Source: an uncultured Chlorobiales bacterium (GTDB taxonomy: Bacteria > Bacteroidota > Chlorobiia > Chlorobiales > Chlorobiaceae). Taken from it: a stretch of 64,000 nucleotides of DNA. Positions 18,586-29,873 of the stretch are shown piece after piece (position 1 is the stretch's first letter; every line of letters begins with the position of its first letter). The notes below the pieces were generated by a model that saw nothing but the letters and a program-made list of their open reading frames with translations, had not been told where the DNA came from and made no database searches. The translations under genes and the position numbers were made by a program. The stretch covers positions 34,258-98,257 of the forward strand of contig CAIYTH010000014.1 of assembly GCA_903929135.1 (NCBI GenBank). Direction: 5' to 3'.

Positions 18586-20820
18586 TTGACAGATTTTCTC
18601 CGTGAACTCAACGAGGTCCAGCGCGAGGCCGTCCTGGCCACCGAGGGGCCGGTAATGGTGCTTGCCGGTGCGGGATCGGGCAAGACGAGGGTCATCACCT
18701 ACCGCATCGCGCACCTCATCAGGAACGCCAACGTTCCCTCCCAGAACATCCTGGCGCTGACGTTCACCAACAAGGCCGCCACCGAAATGCGCCACAGGAT
18801 CGACGCCATCCTCGGGCATGGCAGCTCCTCCGGTCTCTGGATCGGCACGTTCCACTCTGTGTTCGCCAGGCTCCTGCGGAGCTACATCCACCTGATCGGC
18901 TACGACAGGAACTTCTCGATCTTCGACGCCGACGACAGCAAGAGCCTCATCAAACAGTGCATGGGGGAGCTGAATCTTTCTCCCGATTCGCTGCCGGTCA
19001 ACCTGGTCCATTCGATGATCAGCAAGGCCAAGAACAGCTTCGTGCTGCCACCCGAGTTTCACCGGAATGCGGGGGACTACAACCAGCAGAAGACTGCGCT
19101 GGTCTATGAGAAGTACGTGCAGAAGTTACGTGAGAACAACGCCCTCGACTTCGACGACCTCCTGATCAAGCCGATCGAACTGTTCGGGGAGCAGCCGGCC
19201 CTGCTCGCGCAACTGCAGGACTATTTCCGCTACCTGCTGATCGACGAGTACCAGGACACGAACCGGGTTCAGTACCTGGTGGCGAAGATGCTCTCCGAGA
19301 AGCACCAGAACATCTTCGTTGTGGGCGACGACGCCCAGTCGATCTACTCATGGCGAGGGGCCGACATCAGCAACATGCTGAACTTCCAGGAGGACTACAA
19401 GGATTCACAGTTGTTCAAGCTGGTCGACAACTACCGCAGCACGAAGACCATCCTGCAGGCTGCCAACGACGTCATCAAGCACAACCAGCGGCAGATCAGG
19501 AAGGAGCTGGTTGCCAAGGCCGGCACCGGTGACCCGCTGACCCTGATCGAGGCCTACAACGAGCGCCGCGAGGCCGAGAAGGTTGCGGAGTACATCCAGT
19601 CGATCAGGCTGTTGAAAGGGTGCGAATACCGTGCGTTCGCCATTTTCTACCGTACCAATGCGCAGTCGAGGGTCATCGAGGACGTCATGCGCCAGAACAG
19701 GATCCCCTACAGGATCTTCGGCAGCGTCTCCTTCTACAAGCGCAAGGAGATCAAGGACGCCGTGGCGTACCTGAGGCTGGTGATGAACGACCGCGACGGC
19801 GAGTCGCTGCTCAGGGTCATCAATTTTCCGCCGAGGAAGATCGGCGACGTCAGCATCGCGAAGCTGAAGGAGTTCGCCGAAACCGGCGGCATTTCGCTGT
19901 ACGAAGCCATTCGCCGGGCGGATGAGGGCGGCTTCCAGTCGAGGCTCCTCCATGCCCTGAAGGAGTTCGGGACGCTGGTCGAAACGCTCAAGGAGAAAGC
20001 CGCCGAAGGTACGGCCTACGACGTGCTTTCGCTGCTGTTCGAGATGACCGCCATCACCTCCCTGCTGCAGGCCGAGAACACACCCGAGGCGCTCGCTCGC
20101 AGCGAGAACCTCCAGGAACTGCTCTCCATGGCGAGGGACTTTTCGGACCACAACCCGAACAACTCCTCGCTCAGCGACTTCCTGTCGACCATATCTCTCG
20201 CGTCGGATTTCGAGGAGGTGAAGGACTCGGACAGCTACGTTTCGCTCATGACGGTCCATGCAGCCAAGGGGCTCGAATTCCCGGTGGTGTTCGTCACGGG
20301 CATGGAGGAGCGGCTCTTTCCGCTCAACTGCCATGAGCCTTCGGAGCTCGAGGAGGAGCGCCGCCTGTTCTACGTGGCGATCACCAGGGCGCGTGAGAAG
20401 CTTTTCCTCTCCTGGGCACAGAGCCGCTACCAGTACGGTCAGCCGCAGATGTGCCTCCGCTCGACCTTCATCAACGAGATCGACCCGGATATCATCCGGA
20501 CCGAAGGCGGGCGACTGCTTTCCGAGAGTCCGAAAAAAGTTTCCGCAACCGCCATGGCCGGTCGTCCGGTCTTCGGAAACTCGCTTGCCATCCCGCAGCC
20601 GACTGCATCCGCCCAGCGTCCGGTCCAGCAACGATCGGCGGCGCCTTCGCAGAAAAGCGCCCTCCGCTCCGGCACGAAGGTGCATCACGCCATCTTCGGC
20701 CCCGGCACGGTGATCGAGGTGCAGGGGAGCGGAGCCAAACAGAAGGTGAAAATCGGTTTTCGCACGGCCGGAGAAAAGACGCTGATGGTGCAGTATGCCA
20801 ACCTGAAAATTGTGCCCTGA
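18586..20820 (+). CDS. uvrD: ATP-dependent DNA helicase, UvrD/PcrA family
   Basis: LAGAGSGKTRVIT, LIDEYQDTN, TVHAAKGLEFPVVFV. 744 aa. Confidence 0.9.
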   Translation: MTDFLRELNEVQREAVLATEGPVMVLAGAGSGKTRVITYRIAHLIRNANVPSQNILALTFTNKAATEMRHRIDAILGHGSSSGLWIGTFHSVFARLLRSYIHLIGYDRNFSIFDADDSKSLIKQCMGELNLSPDSLPVNLVHSMISKAKNSFVLPPEFHRNAGDYNQQKTALVYEKYVQKLRENNALDFDDLLIKPIELFGEQPALLAQLQDYFRYLLIDEYQDTNRVQYLVAKMLSEKHQNIFVVGDDAQSIYSWRGADISNMLNFQEDYKDSQLFKLVDNYRSTKTILQAANDVIKHNQRQIRKELVAKAGTGDPLTLIEAYNERREAEKVAEYIQSIRLLKGCEYRAFAIFYRTNAQSRVIEDVMRQNRIPYRIFGSVSFYKRKEIKDAVAYLRLVMNDRDGESLLRVINFPPRKIGDVSIAKLKEFAETGGISLYEAIRRADEGGFQSRLLHALKEFGTLVETLKEKAAEGTAYDVLSLLFEMTAITSLLQAENTPEALARSENLQELLSMARDFSDHNPNNSSLSDFLSTISLASDFEEVKDSDSYVSLMTVHAAKGLEFPVVFVTGMEERLFPLNCHEPSELEEERRLFYVAITRAREKLFLSWAQSRYQYGQPQMCLRSTFINEIDPDIIRTEGGRLLSESPKKVSATAMAGRPVFGNSLAIPQPTASAQRPVQQRSAAPSQKSALRSGTKVHHAIFGPGTVIEVQGSGAKQKVKIGFRTAGEKTLMVQYANLKIVP

Positions 20821-20900
20821 AATCGTATTTTAGGGTCATGGGGGCTTCATCCGGTCTACCGGGACATGGAGCCCATACCTCAGCTTAAACAGTGTATTGC

Positions 20901-21932
20901 ATGAAGATCCTTTTCGGTGTCCAGGGAACGGGCAACGGCCATATCAGCCGAAGCAGGGAACTGGTCAGGAAACTCAAGGAGGACGGCCATGAGGTGCAGT
21001 CGGTCATCAGCGGGAGGAGGGAGGACGAGCTTCGGGAGATCGATATTTTCAAGCCCTACAGCGTATTGAAAGGGCTCACTCTGGCGACGTACCGCGGGCG
21101 TATGAACTATATCGAGACCATGTTCCAGCTCGACATGGTGCGGCTCACCGCCGACGTGCTCACCCTTGACACGACCGGTGTCGACCTGATTATCACCGAT
21201 TTCGAGCCGGTCACCTCGATGTCTGCGCGGATCAAGGGCATCCCCAGCCTCGGCTTCGGCCATCAGTACGCGTTTCCGTACGATATCCCGATCGCCAGGG
21301 GTAACCTGTTCGAAAGGTACACCCTGCTCAATTTCGCACCGGCGCGATACAACGCCGGCCTCCACTGGCACCATTTCAACCAGCCGATTTTTCCTCCGGT
21401 CATTCCGGAGACGCTCTACCGGGCGGCACGGCAGGTAGAGGACCCGCAGAAGATCCTGGTCTACCTGCCGTTTGAGGAGGTCGAGGACGTCGAGGCGTTC
21501 GTCAGGCCCTTCGACGCCTACAACTTTTCCATCTACGGCAAGGTGAAGGAGGACAGGGACGACAGCCATCTGCATTTCAGGAGCTATTCCCGCGAGGGGT
21601 TCCTCCGCGACCTCATGGAGTGCTCCGGCGTGGTCTGCAACGCGGGTTTCGAGCTGCCGGGCGAGGCGCTGCACCTCGGCAAGAAGCTGCTGCTCAGGCC
21701 GCTTGACGGCCAGATCGAGCAGGAGTCGAATGCACTCGCCATGGTGGAGCTTGGTTACGGCATGGCCATGCACAGCCTCGATCCCGACGTGCTCACACAC
21801 TGGTTCGACATGCCTGGGAACCAGCCGCTCAACTACAGCAGGACCGTCGATTATATTGCCGAATGGATCGCTACCGGTCGGTGGAACGATCTCAGGACCT
21901 TCACCGATGCGGCCTGGCAGGATAATAAATAA
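20901..21932 (+). CDS. Glycosyltransferase, MurG/GT28-like (MJ1255-type) family
   Basis: N-terminus KILFGVQGTGNGHISRS. C-terminal GT28-like VVCNAGFELPGEALHLGKKLLLRP. ATG 20901 is preferred over GTG 20892. Confidence 0.65.
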   Translation: MKILFGVQGTGNGHISRSRELVRKLKEDGHEVQSVISGRREDELREIDIFKPYSVLKGLTLATYRGRMNYIETMFQLDMVRLTADVLTLDTTGVDLIITDFEPVTSMSARIKGIPSLGFGHQYAFPYDIPIARGNLFERYTLLNFAPARYNAGLHWHHFNQPIFPPVIPETLYRAARQVEDPQKILVYLPFEEVEDVEAFVRPFDAYNFSIYGKVKEDRDDSHLHFRSYSREGFLRDLMECSGVVCNAGFELPGEALHLGKKLLLRPLDGQIEQESNALAMVELGYGMAMHSLDPDVLTHWFDMPGNQPLNYSRTVDYIAEWIATGRWNDLRTFTDAAWQDNK

Positions 21933-21945
21933 GACAGGAGATGAT

Positions 21946-22536
21946 ATGGGTTTCAGGGACCTCGTGACGAGAAACCGCAGCTACCGGCGATTCGATGAAA
22001 GCTTTCCCGTTGGACGGGAGGTACTGGAGGGGCTTGTCGAACTCGCCTGTCTCACGCCTTCGGCGGCCAACCGCCAGCCGCTCAGGTATCTGCCGGTCAA
22101 CGATCCTGAAGCGGCCGGGACGGTATTCGGCTGCCTGAAGTGGGCCGGCTATCTGAAGGAGTGGCCCGGACCTGGGCCGGGCGAACGGCCGACAGCCTAC
22201 CTATTGATGCTCAGCCGCGTCGAGGATGCCGCAGGGGCCGCATGCGATACCGGCATCGCCGCCCAGACCATCCTGCTCGGGGCGGCCGAACAGGGTCTCG
22301 GCGGCTGCATGATCGGCGCGATCGACCGCAAGCGTCTCAAGGCGGCATTTGACATTCCCGATGCGTGGACCATCCCGCTGGTCATCGCCCTGGGCCGGCC
22401 GGTCGAGACGGTCGTGATCGAGCAGGTCGAGTCTTCCGGTGACATCCGTTACTGGCGCGACGGGAACGACATCCATCATGTGCCGAAAAGGAGGGTCGCC
22501 GACGTCATGGTGAGTGCCGGGGGGCTGCAAGGCTGA
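21946..22536 (+). CDS. Nitroreductase family protein
   Basis: RRSYRRF-type motif (NRSYRRFDE) and PSAANRQP. An aggag RBS lies 6 nt upstream of ATG 21946. Confidence 0.8.
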   Translation: MGFRDLVTRNRSYRRFDESFPVGREVLEGLVELACLTPSAANRQPLRYLPVNDPEAAGTVFGCLKWAGYLKEWPGPGPGERPTAYLLMLSRVEDAAGAACDTGIAAQTILLGAAEQGLGGCMIGAIDRKRLKAAFDIPDAWTIPLVIALGRPVETVVIEQVESSGDIRYWRDGNDIHHVPKRRVADVMVSAGGLQG

Positions 22537-23120
22537 TGATTCGGGTCGAGGATATCCTCCGGGCTTACCGGCACGGATTTTTTCCCATGGCCGAGTCCAG
22601 GGACGGCGAGGTCAGCTGGTGCCAGCCCTACCGGAGGGCGGTGGTGCCGCTCGAAACTTACCGCACTTCCCGATCCGTCCGCCGCATCATTCGCGATGGA
22701 GGCTTTTCGGTCAGGATCGATACCGATTTCGAGGGGGTGATCCGGAGCTGTTCGCAGCCGAGGGACTCCGAAACCGAAACCTGGATTTCAGAGGAGATCA
22801 TCCAGGTGTTCCTCAAGCTCCACCGCCTCGGAGTTGCGCACAGCGTGGAGTGCTGGCAGGCAGGCGAGCTTTCCGGCGGGCTTTACGGGCTGGCGATGGG
22901 TGGGGCTTTTTTCGGCGAATCGATGTTTTTCCGCACGCCGCACGCATCCAAGGTCGCGTTCAGCCATCTGGTTGCCCACCTGCGCCTTCGTGGGTATCTT
23001 CTGCTCGATGCCCAGATCATGAACCCGCATCTCGGCATGCTCGGCGCCGTCGAAATCGAGCATGAACGCTACATGGAACTGCTCGAAGAGGCCCTGGCCA
23101 AAAAGATTCGTTTTATCTAA
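22536..23120 (+). CDS. aat: Leucyl/phenylalanyl-tRNA--protein transferase
   Basis: ILRAYRHGFFPM, GGLYGLAMGGAFFGESMF. TGATG overlap with the upstream gene. Confidence 0.85.
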   Translation: MIRVEDILRAYRHGFFPMAESRDGEVSWCQPYRRAVVPLETYRTSRSVRRIIRDGGFSVRIDTDFEGVIRSCSQPRDSETETWISEEIIQVFLKLHRLGVAHSVECWQAGELSGGLYGLAMGGAFFGESMFFRTPHASKVAFSHLVAHLRLRGYLLLDAQIMNPHLGMLGAVEIEHERYMELLEEALAKKIRFI

Positions 23121-23213
23121 CACGGGAAATGTCATACCTTAAAGGTCAGGGATATTGACCGTGTTCCGCACTTCACCCTGAATCAACGTCGCAGAATTAA
23201 AGGAGAGTATCGC

Positions 23214-24515
23214 ATGCTGTCGAGGGATTTAACAGAAAACCAGTCTCAGCCGAGGATCATCATCTATTCTGGCAAGGGGGGGACGGGCAAGACCACCATC
23301 TCGTCGTCGACCGCTGTCGCGCTTGCGCGCCAGGGCAAACGGGTGTTGATCATGTCTTCCGATCCGGCCCATTCACTTTCCGACGTTTTCGACGTGCAGA
23401 TCAGCCGGAACGAACCGCTGAAGATCGAAAAGAACCTCTACGGTCTCGAGGTCGACACCATCTACGAGCTCAAGAAGAACATGTCCGGGTTCCAGAAGTT
23501 CGTCTCCTCCTCCTACAAGAACCAGGGGATCGACAGCGGCATGGCCTCTGAACTCACTACCCAGCCGGGTCTCGACGAAATCTTCGCCCTGAGCAGGCTG
23601 CTTGACGAAGCCCAGTCGGGAAGGTGGGACGTCGTCGTGCTCGATACGTCGCCGACCGGGAATACCCTGCGCCTGCTGGCCTATCCCGAGATCATCATCG
23701 GCGGCAACATGGGCAAGCAGTTCTTCAAGCTCTACAAGAGCATGTCTTCCCTCGCGCGTCCGCTCTCCGGCAACTCCATCCCGGACGACGATTTCTTCAA
23801 CGAGGTGAATGTGCTGCTCAAGCAGATGGAGGACATCAACCGTTTCATCCTCAGTCCGGAAGTCACCTTCAGGCTGGTGCTGAACCCCGAGAAGCTCTCC
23901 ATTCTCGAGACCAAGCGGGCCTACACCTTCGTGCACCTCTACGGCATCAACATCGACGGCATCGTGATCAACAAGATCCTGCCGACTTCGCGCACGGTGG
24001 GCGAATATTTCGAGTTCTGGGCCGACCTGCACAGCAAGTACCTGATGGAGATCGACAACTCGTTCTACCCGACCCCGGTGTTCCGGTGCCACCTCCAGCG
24101 CACCGAGCCGATCGGCACCGACGCCCTGTACGAAATCAGCCAGATGGTGTTCGGAGAGCAGGAGCCTGACAAGATTTTCTATTCCGGCAAGAACTTCTGG
24201 ATCGAGAGCCAGAAGAACCAGGTGACTTCCGACCATCGCGAGATCCTCTGCATCCGCATCCCGTTCCTCAAGGACGCCGAAGATGTGAAGGTCGATCGCA
24301 TGGGTACCGACATCATTGTCACCGTCGACCGGGCGCAGCGAATCATTACCCTTCCGAGGGCCCTCTACAGCCTCGATATGGACAAGTTCATCAGGGAGGA
24401 TAACCTGCTCAAGGTCGTTTTCAAGGATAATGCCGTAGAGCAGGAGGAGATGGAGCTCAACGTGAACAAGAACGTGCTCGATAAATTGCGCTCCATGCGT
24501 CGCCTCAAAATCTGA
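23214..24515 (+). CDS. Single-domain ArsA/Get3-family ATPase with a C-terminal HSP20-like domain
   Basis: P-loop SGKGGTGKTT. Switch/signature VLDTSPTGNTLRLL. The C-terminal ~100 aa (ILCIRIPFLKDAEDVKVDRMGTDIIVTVDRAQRIITLP) resemble the ArsA_HSP20 beta-sandwich. Confidence 0.8.
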   Translation: MLSRDLTENQSQPRIIIYSGKGGTGKTTISSSTAVALARQGKRVLIMSSDPAHSLSDVFDVQISRNEPLKIEKNLYGLEVDTIYELKKNMSGFQKFVSSSYKNQGIDSGMASELTTQPGLDEIFALSRLLDEAQSGRWDVVVLDTSPTGNTLRLLAYPEIIIGGNMGKQFFKLYKSMSSLARPLSGNSIPDDDFFNEVNVLLKQMEDINRFILSPEVTFRLVLNPEKLSILETKRAYTFVHLYGINIDGIVINKILPTSRTVGEYFEFWADLHSKYLMEIDNSFYPTPVFRCHLQRTEPIGTDALYEISQMVFGEQEPDKIFYSGKNFWIESQKNQVTSDHREILCIRIPFLKDAEDVKVDRMGTDIIVTVDRAQRIITLPRALYSLDMDKFIREDNLLKVVFKDNAVEQEEMELNVNKNVLDKLRSMRRLKI

Positions 24516-24704
24516 GGATGGCGTACGCCGGACGACCGGAATTTCCTTCCGTGGCACCCCTGAACTCCGGGCTTCAGCCCGGGGGTGTAGGAAATTTTGC
24601 CCTGAACTGTTTAAGAATTGCCCGGAAACTTGTATTTTGACAGCTTTGAACGACCATCAAACGGGTGGCATACCCCAATTTCTGTAAAGAACCAGCACAT
24701 ACCC

Positions 24705-25583
24705 ATGTCCGAGAAAGCGCACTATGGCCTTTTGAAAGGAAAGAAGGGAATTATTTTCGGACCTCTCGATGAGAGCAGCATCGGCTGGCAGATAGCCCTG
24801 CATGCTTACCGGGAAGGTGCTGAGATCGCCATTTCCAATATTGCCACGGCTATCCGCTTCGGCAACCTTCAGGAACTTGCCGACGCGTGCGGCAACGCTC
24901 CGGTCCTGATCTGCGACGCCTCCAAGAACGAGGATGTCGACAACTGCTTCAAGGAACTGAAAGAGAAGATGGGCCCTGTCGACTTCATCGTCCATTCGAT
25001 CGGCATGTCCCAGAATATCCGCAAGCAGCTTCCCTACGAAGACCTGAACTACGAGTGGTTCCTGAGGACGCTCGACGTTTCAGGCATCTCGTTCCACCGG
25101 CTTGTCGCCTATGCCCTCAAGAACGAGGCCATCAACCCCGGCGGCAGCGTCGTCGCCCTCTCCTACATCGCATCGCAGCGCAACTACTGGACCTACTCCG
25201 ACATGGGAGATGCCAAGTCGCTGCTCGAGTCGATTGCCCGCAGCTTCGGGCCCAGGCTTGCAACGCGAGGCATCCGCATCAACACGATTTCTCAGAGCCC
25301 GACCTACACCAAGGCCGGCAGCGGTATTCCCGGTTTCGAGAAGATGTACGAATACAGCGACCTGATGTCTCCGCTCGGCAACGCGAGCGCCGAAGAGTGC
25401 GCCGAGTACACCATGACGATCCTGAGCGACCTGACCCGCAAGGTGACCATGCAGAACCTGTTCCATGACGGCGGATACAGTTCCATGGGCGCGACCATCC
25501 CCATGATCAAGCTTGCTCATGAAGTGCTTCATGACAAGGAGCTTGCCCAGAGGGTCGGCCTTGATGAAGATTATCCATCCTGA
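24705..25583 (+). CDS. fabI: Enoyl-[acyl-carrier-protein] reductase (NADH), FabI type
   Basis: SDR-like KGKKGIIFGPLDESSIGWQIA and the Y-x6-K region (WTYSDMGDAKSLLE). Start trimmed to MSEKAHYG. Confidence 0.8.
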   Translation: MSEKAHYGLLKGKKGIIFGPLDESSIGWQIALHAYREGAEIAISNIATAIRFGNLQELADACGNAPVLICDASKNEDVDNCFKELKEKMGPVDFIVHSIGMSQNIRKQLPYEDLNYEWFLRTLDVSGISFHRLVAYALKNEAINPGGSVVALSYIASQRNYWTYSDMGDAKSLLESIARSFGPRLATRGIRINTISQSPTYTKAGSGIPGFEKMYEYSDLMSPLGNASAEECAEYTMTILSDLTRKVTMQNLFHDGGYSSMGATIPMIKLAHEVLHDKELAQRVGLDEDYPS

Positions 25584-25893
25584 TAAGGTTTTCGGAAGGC
25601 CGGCTTCTGCCAGCCTTCCGATACATTTCCATCCATAACCCCGGAATCGGACCTATCGAGTAGGTCAGGGGATGTATTGCGTCCTGCGCTTCATGCATGA
25701 AAAGGGCGTGGATCGCTGTTCAGTGTTTCAGCCCCGCCAGGGGATTTGCAGTTCAACGACCGCGGTCGGGCCGTGATCCGGTTCATGACCGCTCATGACG
25801 GCCCGATCATCGACCCGACGGGAGGTTTTTGCCTCTTCTGCCGGGCGTTTTTTGCATTTTTTTCTCATCGTTACCTTGGATCAAAGACCTTAA

Positions 25894-28131
<2,238 letters not shown>

Positions 28132-28210
28132 GTGTATCTGCCAACCTGTTCCTGAGGCCATAAGGGACTCGGGACGGTTATCCCGGTTGCACCAGAGCAA
28201 ATGATACAGC

Positions 28211-28242
28211 CGCTGAAGCCCGGTAGAACCCGGGCTTCAGCG
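28211..28242 (+). terminator. Strong intrinsic terminator after icd (also downstream of the convergent gene)
   Basis: 13-bp perfect stem cgctgaagcccgg / ccgggcttcagcg, 6-nt loop, followed by tttctgttt. Confidence 0.75.
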
Positions 28243-28261
28243 TTTCTGTTTCCACTCTTCA

Positions 28262-28903
28262 TTACTGCTTTACGGGCCTGCCGGTCCAGGCGTAGATGTA
28301 TCCGCCGTTCCGGAGCCGGCCGGCGACCCGGCCGATCTCGTCCCGTTCGACGACGAAGCAGCCGTTGCTGCGGCCGATGCGGGGGCCGTTGCAGGTGAAG
28401 AGGTTCCAGAATATCCAGGGGATCGATACGTAGTCCGCCGAGTGGAGCACGATGTCACGCATGCCGGCGTTGCCGTTGCGCAGCGAATCGAGACCTTCGA
28501 GGCGCAGCGAAAGGCCGTGGTCGCCGTAATAGCTCCGGGTGACGCGGAACAGCCCGAGGCTGCTCATGTTCGATTCCGGCTCGTTCGAGAAGGCGCGGGC
28601 ATAGAGTTCGCCGCTGTTTCTGCCGTGAGCTACCCGGAACGGGCGGCTTTTTCCGGTCTGCAGGTCGATGACCACCATCCGCTTCATGAACGAGGGTTTC
28701 GAATAGTCCACCACGGCGAGTGACCGCGCACCCGTTTCGGGGTGCTTCAGGAGATAGCGGCCAAGGGCATCCTTCGCCTCGGTGACGGCGGCATCGGAAA
28801 TCCTACCGTCATCCCTCAGGAGAGCGTTTACCCCGAGCGGCAGGAGCACGAGCATCGTGCCGATGGCCGCCAGTCCGGCAATTTTGATGATCGAGGGTTT
28901 CAT
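28262..28903 (-). CDS. L,D-transpeptidase catalytic-domain (YkuD_2-like) protein, membrane-anchored
   Basis: HSADYV...GRSNGCFVV catalytic His/Cys arrangement. N-terminal anchor MKPSIIKIAGLAAIGTMLVLL chosen as the start. Confidence 0.7.
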   Translation of the reverse strand: MKPSIIKIAGLAAIGTMLVLLPLGVNALLRDDGRISDAAVTEAKDALGRYLLKHPETGARSLAVVDYSKPSFMKRMVVIDLQTGKSRPFRVAHGRNSGELYARAFSNEPESNMSSLGLFRVTRSYYGDHGLSLRLEGLDSLRNGNAGMRDIVLHSADYVSIPWIFWNLFTCNGPRIGRSNGCFVVERDEIGRVAGRLRNGGYIYAWTGRPVKQ

Positions 28904-29035
28904 GAAGGTAAATATAACACCGTCACGCAGGGCTTTCCAGCGAAAACCCGCTGCCGGCGTTTTCAAAGTGGTCGTCATTGCTTACCTTAGAGCACTGTCA
29001 CAGATCCTTTGCCCACAACTATCGAACCCTTTGCC

Positions 29036-29848
29036 ATGACCGCGAAAACAGCGAACATCCTCTTTATCGGCGACGTCGTCGGCAATCCCGGCCTTCAGAT
29101 CGTGAGCAGGATGCTCAAAGGGTTCATCTCGAAGTACGATGTCGACTTCGTGATCTGCAACGGAGAGAACGCCCATAACGGCAAGGGGATGAGCCTCGAA
29201 GCGCTCAACCTGATGACCGAGGCTGGGGTGGACGTCGTGACCGGCGGGAACCATATCTGGAACAACTTCAACTTTTTCGATACCCTGAAGACCCACGAGC
29301 GCGTTCTGAGGCCGCAGAACTACCCGAAAGGCACCTACGGCAGGGGATTCGGGACCTACAAGCTGCCGAAGGGGCTTGGCAGCATCACGGTGCTCAACCT
29401 GCAGGGCCGCACCTTCATGTCGCCGATCGACTGTCCGTTCCGGACTGCCGACTGGGTGATCAAGCAGGCGAGGGAGCAGTCACCCATGATCGTGGTCGAT
29501 TTCCATGCCGAAGCTACCGCTGAGAAGCTTTGCCTCGGATGGTACCTGGATGGAAAAGTGTCGGCGGTCATCGGCACCCACACCCATGTGCAGACGGCAG
29601 ACGAGCGGATCATGCCCAAGGGCACCGGATACCTGACCGATGTCGGCATGACCGGCCCCTACCTGTCGGTGATCGGCATGCAGGTCAAGTCGGCACTCGA
29701 CCGCATGATCTACCAGACCCCGCACAAATACGAATGCGCCACGGACGACGTGCACTTCTCGGCCGTGCTGCTCACCCTCGATACCGCGAGCGGCCGGACC
29801 CTCGCGTTGCAGCGTATATTCTATCCGGAGTTCGCGGGGAATCAGTAA
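29036..29848 (+). CDS. ymdB: YmdB-family metallophosphoesterase (2',3'-cyclic-nucleotide phosphodiesterase-like)
   Basis: ILFIGDVVGNPG, ICNGENAHNGKG, TGGNHIW, DFHAEATAEK, GTHTHVQTADE. ATG 29036 is preferred over TTG 29009. Confidence 0.85.
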   Translation: MTAKTANILFIGDVVGNPGLQIVSRMLKGFISKYDVDFVICNGENAHNGKGMSLEALNLMTEAGVDVVTGGNHIWNNFNFFDTLKTHERVLRPQNYPKGTYGRGFGTYKLPKGLGSITVLNLQGRTFMSPIDCPFRTADWVIKQAREQSPMIVVDFHAEATAEKLCLGWYLDGKVSAVIGTHTHVQTADERIMPKGTGYLTDVGMTGPYLSVIGMQVKSALDRMIYQTPHKYECATDDVHFSAVLLTLDTASGRTLALQRIFYPEFAGNQ

Positions 29849-29873
29849 TACGAAACACGTGACGCGAAACACG

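Noticed and set aside
19405-20688. 427-aa minus-strand ORF (likewise 20880..21800, 10381..11394, 33217..34293, 35294..36442, 51961..53055 and 57627..59114)
   Set aside because: All are antisense or out of frame relative to genes with strong family motifs. They are high-GC shadow ORFs.
23373-24557. 394-aa minus-strand ORF
   Set aside because: It is antisense to the ArsA-like gene, which has the P-loop and DTSPTG motifs.
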